Assembly: GCA_963821525.1 (NCBI GenBank)
Contig: CAWGED010000019.1
Span: 480,001-544,000 of the forward strand
Source: an uncultured Gemmatimonadales bacterium
Lineage (GTDB): Bacteria; Gemmatimonadota; Gemmatimonadetes; Gemmatimonadales; GWC2-71-9
Direction of reading: 5' to 3'
DNA length: 64,000 bases
Under the pieces are notes generated by a model. The model did not search any database and was not told the origin of the DNA. It saw only the letters and a program-made list of their open reading frames with translations. Position 1 is the stretch's first letter, and the number at the start of each line of letters is the position of its first letter. Below are positions 1 through 9,668 of this stretch, one piece after another. Made by a program: the position numbers and the translations under genes.

Positions 1-647
1 TGGCCTCGCCCGACGCCGAGCTAAGAGCCCGTTCCATCAAGTCTTTCATCGCCGAACTTCAGCGTTGCCAAACGCTTGGGATCCGGGCCGTGGTGTCGCA
101 TCCGGGCAACTACCTTGATGATCGGGGATCCGGTCTCAGTCGCAACGCCGAGTCGTACATCGAGTGCCTGGAAGCGGTGCCGGGGTCAATCATGGTGCTG
201 CTGGAGACGACCGCCGGAACCGGGACGGCGCTGGGCAGCAGCTTCGAGGAGTTGGCGGAGATCCGCGCCAAGATTCCGTCTCCGCTCCGCAAGAGAATCG
301 GTTTCTGCGCCGATACCTGCCATCTCTACGCAGCGGGTTACGATCTGGTGCGCGACTATGAAGGCATCTGGCAGCGGTGGGATGATCTCATCGGCTTGAA
401 GCACCTTCGCTGTCTCCATCTCAACGACTCCAAGACTCCGCTCGGCTCCCGGCGCGACCGGCATGAGCTCATCGGTGAAGGCTCGTTGGGCCCGAGTCCC
501 TTCCGCCGCATCATGACCGATCCCCGTTTCAGCCGGGTGATGAAAGTGCTGGAGACTCCGAAGGGCGACGACCTGGTCACCTCCGATCGAAAGATGCTCC
601 GCCGGCTTCGCGGCTATCGACGGCGGGGCGAAAGCGGGGCGCGTTGA
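1..647 (+). CDS. nfo: Endonuclease IV (AP endonuclease 2), 5' truncated by window edge
   Basis: Frame open from position 3; motifs VSHPG, LLETTAG, DTCHLYAAGYD, HLNDSK...DRHE. Confidence 0.93.
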   Translation, partial: ASPDAELRARSIKSFIAELQRCQTLGIRAVVSHPGNYLDDRGSGLSRNAESYIECLEAVPGSIMVLLETTAGTGTALGSSFEELAEIRAKIPSPLRKRIGFCADTCHLYAAGYDLVRDYEGIWQRWDDLIGLKHLRCLHLNDSKTPLGSRRDRHELIGEGSLGPSPFRRIMTDPRFSRVMKVLETPKGDDLVTSDRKMLRRLRGYRRRGESGAR

Positions 648-679
648 CCTCCACACCATTGGCAGGTCATTCTTAGGCG

Positions 680-1273
680 ATGCGATTCAACCTCACCGCG
701 CTGGGGCTCGCCCTCACGCTGACGCAGCCCCTCGCGGCACAGGGGAGGTATGCCCTGTCGCTGGGTGGCATCTGGAGCACTCCGATCGTCACCGATCACA
801 TCTTCAACGACATCGACCTGCAACCGGCCCTGGCACCGGTCGTGACGCTCAACGGATCATGGCCGGTGTCCAAGAAGGCCAGGCTCGGTGCCGAAGCGAG
901 CTTCGCCTCAGGCAAGCTCGACACGAAGGAATCGGGTCAGAGCGTTGATATCGGTACCCTGCGGAGCCTCACAGTTACGGGCGGGGTCGAAGCACCGCTG
1001 GCGGGCAAGCTCTGGGGGCGCCTGGGTGGGGGATTCATCAAGTACCTGCCCTCGGAGGAAGAGGGTGTCTTCCAGGATGGCGGACCGTTGCGCTGGGTGC
1101 TGGGTCTCGGTGTGGACTATCGCTGGCAATGGAAACCTCGCTGGCAATGGGTCGCTGGATTGCGCTATGACTTTCATCGCTTCACGACCGACGAGCTCGT
1201 GGCGCAGGGATTCGGCGGGACTCAGGATGTCCATCGCGTGATGATCTCAATCGGAATCGCGAGGACGCCATGA
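680..1273 (+). CDS. Putative outer-membrane beta-barrel protein
   Basis: Signal peptide, alternating amphipathic strands, aromatic-rich C-terminal strands. Confidence 0.6.
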   Translation: MRFNLTALGLALTLTQPLAAQGRYALSLGGIWSTPIVTDHIFNDIDLQPALAPVVTLNGSWPVSKKARLGAEASFASGKLDTKESGQSVDIGTLRSLTVTGGVEAPLAGKLWGRLGGGFIKYLPSEEEGVFQDGGPLRWVLGLGVDYRWQWKPRWQWVAGLRYDFHRFTTDELVAQGFGGTQDVHRVMISIGIARTP

Positions 1274-1947
1274 CCCGCACCTTCCGCGTGATCTGCAGCG
1301 TCACGGCATTGCTGGTTGGCGCTTGCTCCGAGCTTGCTTCTCCGACTCGGAGCAACGCCTACGACTGGCGGCTGATTGTGACCTTCGACAGCCTCGGTCC
1401 CCAGTTCGATACGTTGAGCTTCCACTGGCCACGCTCGCGGCTTCCGGTCCGCATTTGGGTTGAGGACGCCGGCGGGCTTCCGGACGAGGTGGGGCACGGC
1501 ATCGATCAGTGGAAGGGGGCGTTACTCTATGGCGAATGGGACGCCAAGATCACCAGCGACTCGAACAATGCGGACGTCATCGTCCGGCTTGCCCCGGCAC
1601 CGCCCCCCGGTCCGAAACCGTCGGCCGGGCGTCTCGGGTCCATGCTGCTCCCCCAATGTGATGGCGCCACCGATCTCGATACCGTCGCGACCAGGTTCGA
1701 GCTCAGGATTCCGCTGCACGTCTACGTCAACCCGCTGGTTCCTTCGAATGATCCAGACCTCGCCCGGTGTCTGAGAGTCACGACAGCGCACGAGCTGGGG
1801 CATTCCCTGGGGATCTTCCAGCACAGTACGGACGCCAACGACCTGATGTTCTCGTTGCCGGCGGTGGATGCGCTCAGCAAACGCGACATCAACACGGTGC
1901 AGACGCTGTATCATTTTCCGCCAGACATGGTGCCGGTCGGGCCTTGA
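1270..1947 (+). CDS. Matrixin-like (metzincin) zinc metalloprotease lipoprotein
   Basis: Lipobox-like LVGAC; HELGHSLGIFQHS followed by Met-turn DLMF; ATGA overlap with upstream gene. Confidence 0.8.
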   Translation: MTRTFRVICSVTALLVGACSELASPTRSNAYDWRLIVTFDSLGPQFDTLSFHWPRSRLPVRIWVEDAGGLPDEVGHGIDQWKGALLYGEWDAKITSDSNNADVIVRLAPAPPPGPKPSAGRLGSMLLPQCDGATDLDTVATRFELRIPLHVYVNPLVPSNDPDLARCLRVTTAHELGHSLGIFQHSTDANDLMFSLPAVDALSKRDINTVQTLYHFPPDMVPVGP

Positions 1948-2075
1948 CCGCGGCTCATGCATAATCTTGCAATCTTTCGCCGCTCGGTTGCCGCAAAGCC
2001 CTCCGCTGTCGAAATTTCCGGCCCCCGCGCCCTCCCCCGAAACGGCGGCGCGCGGTATCCCTTGGAGCCGAAGAC

Positions 2076-3962
2076 ATGACTGTTCTCAGTGAGCCGCGCG
2101 CGGCTGTGCCGGAGTTGAATGCACCTTCCTGGGTCACCAATCAGCGACTGCGGGAATGGGTCGCGGAAGTCGCCGCCCTCACCCAGCCCGATCGAATTCA
2201 CTGGTGCGACGGCTCGCCCGCCGAAAACCAGGCCCTGCTGGACCAGATGGTGGCGGCAGGAACCCTGAAGCGGCTCAATCCCGCCAAGCGTCCCAATAGC
2301 TACCTCGCCCTCTCCGATCCCGGTGATGTCGCCCGGGTCGAGGATCGGACCTTCATCTGCAGCCAGCGGCGGCAGGACGCCGGCCCCACCAACAATTGGG
2401 TGGACCCGCGCGAGATGCGCGTCACCATGAAGCGGGTCTTCACCGGCTGCATGCGGGGCCGGACCATGTACGTGGTCCCGTTCAGCATGGGGCCGCTGGG
2501 ATCGCCGCTGGCACAGGTCGGTGTCGAGCTGACCGATTCTCCCTACGTCGTCGTCAGCATGCGGATCATGACCCGCATGGGCCGGCGCGCGCTCGAGGTG
2601 CTGGGCGATGGAGAGTTCGTCCCCTGCGTCCACTCAGTGGGGGCGCCGTTGGCTCCCGGTGATCGGGACGTGGCGTGGCCCTGTAATCCGGATGAGAAGT
2701 ACATCGTGCACTTCCCGGAGGAGCGCGCGATCTGGTCCTTCGGCAGCGGATACGGCGGCAACGCGCTGCTCGGCAAGAAGTGTTTCGCGCTGCGGATCGC
2801 ATCGGTGATGGCGCGGGACGAGGGCTGGATGGCCGAGCATATGCTGATCCTCGGACTCAAGAGTCCCGAAGGAGATAAGCGCTACGTCGCTGCGGGATTC
2901 CCCAGCGCCTGCGGCAAGACCAACTTGGCGATGCTGTTGCCGCCCAAGGGTTGTGAGGCGTGGACCGTCACCACCGTGGGAGACGACATCGCGTGGATCC
3001 GGCCCGGACCGGACGGCCGACTGCAGGCGATTAATCCCGAAGCGGGATTCTTCGGAGTGGCGCCCGGCACATCGGAGAAATCCAATCCGACCGCGATGGC
3101 CACGATCAAGTCCAATACCATCTTCACCAACGTCGCGCTCACGCCAGATGGGGACGTGTGGTGGGAGGGGATGACGCATGAGCCGCCGCCCGAGCTGACC
3201 GACTGGCAGGGGCAGCACTGGACTCCCGCCTCGGGCCGGAAGGCGGCGCACCCCAACGCGAGATTCACCGCCCCGGCGTCGCAGTGCCCCTCGATGGATC
3301 CGGCCTGGGAAGATCCCGCGGGCGTACCGATCAGCGCCTTCATTTTCGGTGGGCGGCGCGCGACGCTGGTTCCGCTGGTCTACCAGGCGGTGAACTGGAA
3401 CTTCGGCGTCTACCTCGCGGCGACGATCGGCTCCGAGACCACGGCCGCCGCTACCGGTGCCGTGGGCCAGGTCCGGCGGGACCCCATGTCGATGCTGCCG
3501 TTCTGTGGCTATCACATGGGCGACTACTTCAACCACTGGCTGCAGTTCGGCCGGAAGATCGCCGATCCGCCGCGGATCTTCTGCGTCAACTGGTTCCGGA
3601 AGGACGCGGACGGCGAGTTCATCTGGCCGGGATACAGCCAGAACCTTCGAGTCCTCAAGTGGATCTTCAACCGGGTCCGCGGGAAAGCCGGCGCCACTGA
3701 AAGCCCGCTCGGCTGGATGCCGCGCTACGAGGACCTCGACTGGAAGGGCCTCGACAATTTCGGGCCCGAGACTTTCCGCGACCTCATGTCGGTCCCACGC
3801 GAAGCGTGGAAGACCGAGATCATGTCCCACCAGGAGCTGTTCGAACGGCTCTACGATCGGATTCCCAAGGAATTCATTCTCATGCGGGAGCTGATCCTCT
3901 CCAGCCTCTGGCGCTCGCCCGAGGAATGGAAGCTGGCGCACGAGACGGACGCGGACGATTGA
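2076..3962 (+). CDS. pckG: Phosphoenolpyruvate carboxykinase (GTP)
   Basis: [50 protein letters not shown]. Confidence 0.97.
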   Translation: MTVLSEPRAAVPELNAPSWVTNQRLREWVAEVAALTQPDRIHWCDGSPAENQALLDQMVAAGTLKRLNPAKRPNSYLALSDPGDVARVEDRTFICSQRRQDAGPTNNWVDPREMRVTMKRVFTGCMRGRTMYVVPFSMGPLGSPLAQVGVELTDSPYVVVSMRIMTRMGRRALEVLGDGEFVPCVHSVGAPLAPGDRDVAWPCNPDEKYIVHFPEERAIWSFGSGYGGNALLGKKCFALRIASVMARDEGWMAEHMLILGLKSPEGDKRYVAAGFPSACGKTNLAMLLPPKGCEAWTVTTVGDDIAWIRPGPDGRLQAINPEAGFFGVAPGTSEKSNPTAMATIKSNTIFTNVALTPDGDVWWEGMTHEPPPELTDWQGQHWTPASGRKAAHPNARFTAPASQCPSMDPAWEDPAGVPISAFIFGGRRATLVPLVYQAVNWNFGVYLAATIGSETTAAATGAVGQVRRDPMSMLPFCGYHMGDYFNHWLQFGRKIADPPRIFCVNWFRKDADGEFIWPGYSQNLRVLKWIFNRVRGKAGATESPLGWMPRYEDLDWKGLDNFGPETFRDLMSVPREAWKTEIMSHQELFERLYDRIPKEFILMRELILSSLWRSPEEWKLAHETDADD

Positions 3963-4059
3963 GATTGCAGATTGATGATTGCAGATTGATGATTGAAAGC
4001 TGATTCCGGGACGCTACGATGCAGTTCAATCATCAATCAGCAATCGGCAATCGGCAATC
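3963..4059. repeat. Heptamer tandem-repeat hairpin: (GATTGNN)x5 / (NNCAATC)x5
   Basis: Left arm 3963-3997 and right arm 4025-4059 are approximate reverse complements around a 27-nt loop. Confidence 0.85.
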
Positions 4060-4062
4060 GAA

Positions 4063-5337
4063 ATGACCGAGTACGAGGTCGTCCGCGACCCTCTCTGGGA
4101 CAACATCCGCATCGACGCCGCCGCGCTGGACGTCCTCGACACCCCGGCGATGCAGCGGTTGCGCTACGTCAGGCAACTCGGTCATGCCTTCCTGGTCTAC
4201 CCCGGCGCTACCCACACCCGATTCGAACACGCGTTAGGCGCCTACCACCTCACCCGCCGGGCTCTTGCCAACCTGAACGAGCGAGGGGAACTGGCCCAGC
4301 TGGATGAGTCGCAGCGCATGGCGGCGCGCCTGGCGGCACTCACCCACGACATCGGCCACTATCCCTTCTCCCATACGCTCGAGGAGGCGGGATTCCCCAA
4401 GCACGAGCAGCTGGGCGTGGCCAAGCTGGGCCACGGCGAGTTGGGCGTGCTGCTGCAGCGGCTGGGTGGCAACGAACTGGTGAGCGCCATCGGACAGCTG
4501 ATCACGGGGCAGAGCCAGTCGCCGCTCAAGGGACTCATTTCCGGATCGTTGGACCTCGACAAGATCGACTATCTCAGTCGCGATGCGCGGATGTGCGGCG
4601 TGCCGTACGGCGCGGTGGACGTGGACCGGCTGCTGGCCTCACTCGCGCTGGTGGAGACCGAGCGGGGACGAATCGAAGTGGGAGTGCTGGAAAAAGGGAT
4701 CAGTGCGGTGGAGTCGCTGCTCTTCGCCAAGTACCAGATGTACCGCAACGTCTACTGGCACCACGCGGTGCGGAGTGCCACCTGCATGTTCAAGCGGGCG
4801 GTACGGGCCGCCGAATGCAGCGGCGGACTCAGCCGCGACACCATCGCCGAGGCTACTGACGATGGCCTCACCGAGAAGCTACTGGCAACCGACCCGACCG
4901 GTCTCGCGCGCGCGGTGCACCGGCGGCGACTCTACAAGCGTTCGCTCGACATTCCCGCGAGCGAGGTGCCCGTCGAAGCCGAGCCCTGGATTCGGGAGCG
5001 GCCGGACCTGCTCGAGCAGGTCGAGAACCGGCTCGCGAAAGAGACCGGCCTCGCTCCCGGAGAACTCCTGCTCGATTTCCCCAGCAACCCTTCCATGCTG
5101 GCGATAGACCTTCCACTGCGGAACCGCAACGGTGCCGTGGAACGACTCACTGGAGTGGGGAGAGAGGGACAATTCGGGTTACCGCGCGTCGCGGACGAAT
5201 TGTATCGCAGCGCCCGGCGACTCAGGGTGTTCACCGCCCGCCCACCTGCCGGGGGCTTCGACCGGGTGAGCAGCCTGGTGGCCGCGCCGGTCAGCGATGT
5301 CGAGAAATGGCTGTCTGGAGGTGGGTGGCCTGGCTAG
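4063..5337 (+). CDS. HD-domain phosphohydrolase (SAMHD1/dNTPase-like)
   Basis: RLRYVRQLG...YPGATHTRFEHALG, HDIGHYPFSH, DLDKIDYLSRD, MYRNVYWH. Confidence 0.9.
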   Translation: MTEYEVVRDPLWDNIRIDAAALDVLDTPAMQRLRYVRQLGHAFLVYPGATHTRFEHALGAYHLTRRALANLNERGELAQLDESQRMAARLAALTHDIGHYPFSHTLEEAGFPKHEQLGVAKLGHGELGVLLQRLGGNELVSAIGQLITGQSQSPLKGLISGSLDLDKIDYLSRDARMCGVPYGAVDVDRLLASLALVETERGRIEVGVLEKGISAVESLLFAKYQMYRNVYWHHAVRSATCMFKRAVRAAECSGGLSRDTIAEATDDGLTEKLLATDPTGLARAVHRRRLYKRSLDIPASEVPVEAEPWIRERPDLLEQVENRLAKETGLAPGELLLDFPSNPSMLAIDLPLRNRNGAVERLTGVGREGQFGLPRVADELYRSARRLRVFTARPPAGGFDRVSSLVAAPVSDVEKWLSGGGWPG

Positions 5338-6119
5338 GAGCCAGGACGGATGGCCTTGGTCGGCTGGGTGACGTCGGCATCCGGGGTCCCGTCTGGTTCG
5401 ATCCGGATCACGATGGCCGTGATGTTGTCGAGCCCTCCCCGGCGGTTGGCCTCGCTAATCATCCGATCCACCCAAAGCTGGGGCCCGCCCTCGCCGGAGA
5501 GAATGGCGTGAAGCTGTTCGTCTTCCAGCATGCCGGTGAGACCATCCGACGCCAGTAGCAGCACGTCTCCCACCCGCAGTCCCCCGAAATACACGTCGGG
5601 TACCACGTCCGCGTTCGCTCCGATGCAACGGGTAATCACGTTGCTATAGGGATGTACCCGGGCTTGCTCCTGAGTCAGCAGGCCGAGGTCCACCTGCTCC
5701 TGGACGTAGGAATGATCCTTGGTGACTTGGAGAAAGTGGTCATTGCGAAGCATGTAGGCCCGGGAGTCGCCTACCTGTCCGATGAGAAATCGCCGGGGTA
5801 GGAGTATGAGCGCCGTGGTTGTGGTGCCCATTCCCCGCTTGTCGTGCTCGGTAAGCGTGCGGTCGAAGATCGCGCTGTTGGCGTTGATTATCGCCGTGCG
5901 CATCCGCTCGCCAGCCTGCTCGTCGCTGAGTCCGCGAAGGCTACCCAGCTCGCGGGAGATGATCCGTACCGCCATCTCGCTGGCGACTTCGCCCGCGGCG
6001 TGGCCCCCCATCCCGTCCGCCACGATGAATACCCCGCGGTCGGAAAGCATGAGGTAGTTATCCTCGTTGCCGGAGCGGACGATTCCGGTGTCGGTGCGCG
6101 CAGCGCAAGTGAAACGCAC
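5334..6119 (-). CDS. PP2C-family Ser/Thr phosphatase (Stp1/PrpC-like)
   Basis: RSGNED, VADGMGGHAAGEVAS, GDSRAY, SDGL, GGLDNIT. Confidence 0.93.
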   Translation of the reverse strand: MRFTCAARTDTGIVRSGNEDNYLMLSDRGVFIVADGMGGHAAGEVASEMAVRIISRELGSLRGLSDEQAGERMRTAIINANSAIFDRTLTEHDKRGMGTTTTALILLPRRFLIGQVGDSRAYMLRNDHFLQVTKDHSYVQEQVDLGLLTQEQARVHPYSNVITRCIGANADVVPDVYFGGLRVGDVLLLASDGLTGMLEDEQLHAILSGEGGPQLWVDRMISEANRRGGLDNITAIVIRIEPDGTPDADVTQPTKAIRPGS

Positions 6120-6128
6120 GTCGGGTCG

Positions 6129-7703
6129 TTACTTGAGCAGGAGGAAGGCAGCTACAGCCGCCAGGATAACCACGATGGCCACGGGAACGAGCCACCCAGG
6201 GAAGTCACTCGATCGATGAGAGGACACCACTACCGGTCGCCGCAGCGGCGGCTTGGAAGCCGGGACCAGCGGCTCGGCCGGGGCGGAGCGCTCGGGAGCC
6301 ATCTGCGGCACAGGAGGCGGGGCGGCCGGAACCTGGATCGCCGGAACCTGGATCGCGCCCATGATCTTGGTTCCTGATCCTTTCTTCACATCGCCCGAGT
6401 CGGTCGGCTCGAACATTACGGCGGTCTCCCCGAAACGGATGAGCGCGCCGGGACTCAGGACGATCTCACCCGAGAGCCGCTCTCCATCCACGAAGGTGCC
6501 GTTGGTCGAGCCGTTGTCGGACAGCACCCAGATTTCTTCACGCCGTTGCAGCTTGGCGTGCATGGTGCTCACGCTCTCGTCGGGGATGACGATGTCGTTG
6601 TACTCCGCCCGCCCGATGTTGACGACCGGCACCTTCACCTGAAGCCGGTTTCCCTTGAGCGAACCGCTCCGCACCAGGAAGGTGGCGAGGACAGATCCGG
6701 GGGCAGTCCTCGGTACGGGAGCCGCCCGCGGAATATTGGGCATCGGCGTAACCGGGATCCCGTGCATGGTTTCCGATAGCCGATGCATCGCGCTGTCGGG
6801 CGCGAGAGCCTGCGCGGGCGGCGGCGCTACAGGAGCCGGTGCGGGCGGCGCTACGGCAGCGGGAGCCGGCGGGGGTGGCGCAGGTGGCGGAGCCGGCGCG
6901 GCTGCAGCAGGAGCAGGAGATGCAACCGGTGGCGGAGGCTGCGCCGGTGCGGGCGATATCGGCGTACGCGCGATCACTGGAGGTTCAGCCTGGGCCGCCG
7001 GTAACGGGGGAGCTTCCCTTGGAGCCCTGCCCTCTTCCGGCTTCTCCGCCGCGAGATCGGCATAGAACCGAAACTCATGATCTCCAACCCGCACCACATC
7101 CGCCCGGGCGAGAACCCGCTGCATCTCGATACGCTCTCCGTTGACGAAGGTCCCGTTGGTGCTGCTGTCCACCACTACATAGCCCTGAGGAGTCGCCATG
7201 ATCTCGGCGTGGCGGCGAGAGACATCCTTATTTGGCACGACGATGTCGCAGCCTGCCTCACGACCGAAAACCATCGGAGCGGAGCCGATGGTGTACTCCC
7301 GGCCGTCGGTCAGACAGACGAGACGCCCGCCGGTTGCCGCAGTGGCCGGTTTTGGGGCGCCCGACTTGAACTGCCCCGCCATCTTGGCCACGTCGCTTGT
7401 ACTGACGAACTGGGTACTGCCGCTGCGGCGGGGATCGGTCACCAGTAATTCGTGGGGGCCGACCTGGAGCTTGTCTCCATGAAGGATGGGAGCCGGCTCG
7501 GCTCCCAGTTTGACTCCGTTCAACAGAACTTCCGCCTCGGGAGACCCCGGCCGAACCGAGGCCGCCCCTTCGGGGGTGCCTTGAATAAGAACATGGCGAG
7601 GCTGGACCTCGGACAGGAAAAGCGCGGCTGTAGGCTCGGAACCAACGAACGACTCTCCGGCGGGGATAGGGTATCGCTGCCCACCGAACTCGAGTTCAAG
7701 CAT
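6129..7703 (-). CDS. Multi-FHA-domain protein with Pro/Ala-rich linker and C-terminal TM helix
   Basis: Two clear FHA motifs (GR...VSRRHA...STNGTFVNG; GR...VSTMHA...STNGTFVDG), a degenerate N-terminal FHA and a hydrophobic C-terminus. Confidence 0.85.
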   Translation of the reverse strand: MLELEFGGQRYPIPAGESFVGSEPTAALFLSEVQPRHVLIQGTPEGAASVRPGSPEAEVLLNGVKLGAEPAPILHGDKLQVGPHELLVTDPRRSGSTQFVSTSDVAKMAGQFKSGAPKPATAATGGRLVCLTDGREYTIGSAPMVFGREAGCDIVVPNKDVSRRHAEIMATPQGYVVVDSSTNGTFVNGERIEMQRVLARADVVRVGDHEFRFYADLAAEKPEEGRAPREAPPLPAAQAEPPVIARTPISPAPAQPPPPVASPAPAAAAPAPPPAPPPPAPAAVAPPAPAPVAPPPAQALAPDSAMHRLSETMHGIPVTPMPNIPRAAPVPRTAPGSVLATFLVRSGSLKGNRLQVKVPVVNIGRAEYNDIVIPDESVSTMHAKLQRREEIWVLSDNGSTNGTFVDGERLSGEIVLSPGALIRFGETAVMFEPTDSGDVKKGSGTKIMGAIQVPAIQVPAAPPPVPQMAPERSAPAEPLVPASKPPLRRPVVVSSHRSSDFPGWLVPVAIVVILAAVAAFLLLK

Positions 7704-7775
7704 TGACCGATTCCTGTCGAAAAACGCGGTTTGTGAAGCTACCCGGCACGATGTAACCGCGCAAGCAATCGAACG

Positions 7776-9659
7776 TTAGACCCCGACTCGGTGTTCGCGA
7801 GTCGGACCCCTGAGCTGGAGCCGGTAGAGCCGTTCGTACAGCCCTTTTCGGGCCAGAAGCTCCCGGTGGGACCCCCGCTCGGCAACTTCCCCGTAATGCA
7901 GCACCAAAATCTCGTTGGCATGAAGAATCGTGCTGAGCCGGTGGGCCACGACGAGAGTCGTCCTGCCTCTCATCAGCTCGGCCAGCGCGGCCTGGATCTG
8001 AGCCTCCGCCTCGGCGTCCACCGAGCTCGTCGCTTCGTCGAGGACGAGGATCCTCGGGTCACGGGCGAGTGCACGGGCGAAGCTCAGCAGCTGCCGTTCA
8101 CCGACGCTCAGGTTCCGGCCTCGCTCGCCCAGGATGTGAGCGTAGGTGTCCGGCAGGCGATTGATGAACCGGTCTGCCCCAACTCGGGCGGCAGCTTCAT
8201 GCGCCCGCTCGGCAGAGATCGGCGCATCCAGCGTCAGGTTGTGCAGAATGTCGCCGGTAAACAGAAACAGATCCTGCTGCACGAATCCCACCAGCTCCCG
8301 CAGTTGAGCCAGCGGCAACTCGCGAAGATCCACGCCGTCGAGTGTAATCCGCCCCCGCTGCGGATCGTAAAACCGGAGCAGCAAGCTGATGATCGTGGTC
8401 TTCCCCGCCCCGGTGTGCCCGACGATGGCGAGCGTCTGATCCGGACTAGCGGTGAAGCTGACGCCCTTGAGGACCCAGTTATCGGAGGGGTTCCGAGTTC
8501 CGTGTTCCGTGTCTGGCTGTTCGGTGGTGTCGCTGTCCGCTCCGAATTCCGAACTCGAAACTGCTTCCGAGCCGTACCGGAACCACACGTCTTCGAACAC
8601 CACCTCGCCGCGGACCGGACGAGCAAGCCGCTTCGGATGGGCCGGCTCGAGCACTGTCGGCTGAGTGTCCATCAGGCGGAAGATCCGCTCAGACGACGCC
8701 ATCGCGCTCTGCAGCAGGTTGTATTTCTCGGCCAGGTCTTGGAGCGGCTGGAAGAAACGCCGGGTGAGCTGGATGAAGGCGGCGAGGATGCCTACGGTCA
8801 GAGTCTGGTCCAGCACGCGAAGGCCGCCGTACCAGAGCAGGGCGCCGAGTGCCACCGAGCCGAGAAACTCCACCGCCGGAAAGAACAGAGCGTAAACGGT
8901 GATCGATCGCAAGTGAGCGGAGAGGTGTTCCTTGTTGATGACGGCGAACTGGCGCGCGGTGACCTCTTCCCGGCCGAACAACTGCACCACCCGCATTCCC
9001 GAGAGATGCTCCTGCAGGAAGCCGTTGATGCGCGCGACCCGGATTCGGATGTCGCGGAACGCCTCTCGCACGCTGCGGCGGAAAACCGCGGCAACGAGCA
9101 GCATGAGCGGGATGACCGCGAAGGCTACCAGAGCGAGACGCCAGTCCACCACCAGCATCATCGTCATGATGGCGATGAGAGTGAACACGTCGCCGAACAC
9201 GGTCACGAGTCCGGAGGAGAACAGCTCGTTGAGCGTCTCGACGTCGGAGGTGATCCGGGTCATCAGCCGGCCGACCGGGTTCCGGTCGAAGTAGGAAATG
9301 CTGAGGCCCTGTAGGTGGGTGAACAGCTCGAGCCGGAGATCGCTCATCACCCGCTGGCCGATCCACGCGGTGAGCAGCGTTTGCCCGTAGTCCAGTGCGA
9401 ACTCGAGAAGCAGGGCGAGCACGAACGTCCCCGCGAGGGTGCCCAGCAGCGCCACATCGCGATGGGGCACGGCGACATCGAGCGCGCGCTGGGTGAGCGC
9501 CGGACCTACCAGGGCGAGAACTGCCCCGGCCAGCAGCATCAGCACAGCCACGAGCGCGCGACCGCGATAGGGCCGGAGATAATGCAGCAGCCGCCGCATC
9601 AGCGCCGCGTCGTAGTGGCGCTCCTGGGCCTCTTCGAACAGTTCCGGTGCTGCGGTCAC
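7776..9659 (-). CDS. ABC exporter, fused permease/ATP-binding (MdlB-like)
   Basis: TM domain, then Walker A GHTGAGKT, signature LSVGERQ, LVLDEATS, AHRLST. Confidence 0.93.
   Translation of the reverse strand: MTAAPELFEEAQERHYDAALMRRLLHYLRPYRGRALVAVLMLLAGAVLALVGPALTQRALDVAVPHRDVALLGTLAGTFVLALLLEFALDYGQTLLTAWIGQRVMSDLRLELFTHLQGLSISYFDRNPVGRLMTRITSDVETLNELFSSGLVTVFGDVFTLIAIMTMMLVVDWRLALVAFAVIPLMLLVAAVFRRSVREAFRDIRIRVARINGFLQEHLSGMRVVQLFGREEVTARQFAVINKEHLSAHLRSITVYALFFPAVEFLGSVALGALLWYGGLRVLDQTLTVGILAAFIQLTRRFFQPLQDLAEKYNLLQSAMASSERIFRLMDTQPTVLEPAHPKRLARPVRGEVVFEDVWFRYGSEAVSSSEFGADSDTTEQPDTEHGTRNPSDNWVLKGVSFTASPDQTLAIVGHTGAGKTTIISLLLRFYDPQRGRITLDGVDLRELPLAQLRELVGFVQQDLFLFTGDILHNLTLDAPISAERAHEAAARVGADRFINRLPDTYAHILGERGRNLSVGERQLLSFARALARDPRILVLDEATSSVDAEAEAQIQAALAELMRGRTTLVVAHRLSTILHANEILVLHYGEVAERGSHRELLARKGLYERLYRLQLRGPTREHRVGV
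8489..8562. repeat. Heptamer-repeat imperfect hairpin in-frame within the ABC exporter
   Basis: gttccga-gttccgt-gttccgt left arm; tccgaat-tccgaac-tcgaaac right arm; translated as an insert between WFRY and WVLKGVSF. Confidence 0.6.
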
Positions 9660-9668
9660 GGCTCCCGT

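Noticed and set aside
2634..3941. Long antisense ORFs (e.g. 2634-3941, 7791-9314, 47453-48928, 60312-61796)
   Set aside because: Shadows of well-supported genes, expected from GC-rich codon usage; no recognisable motifs
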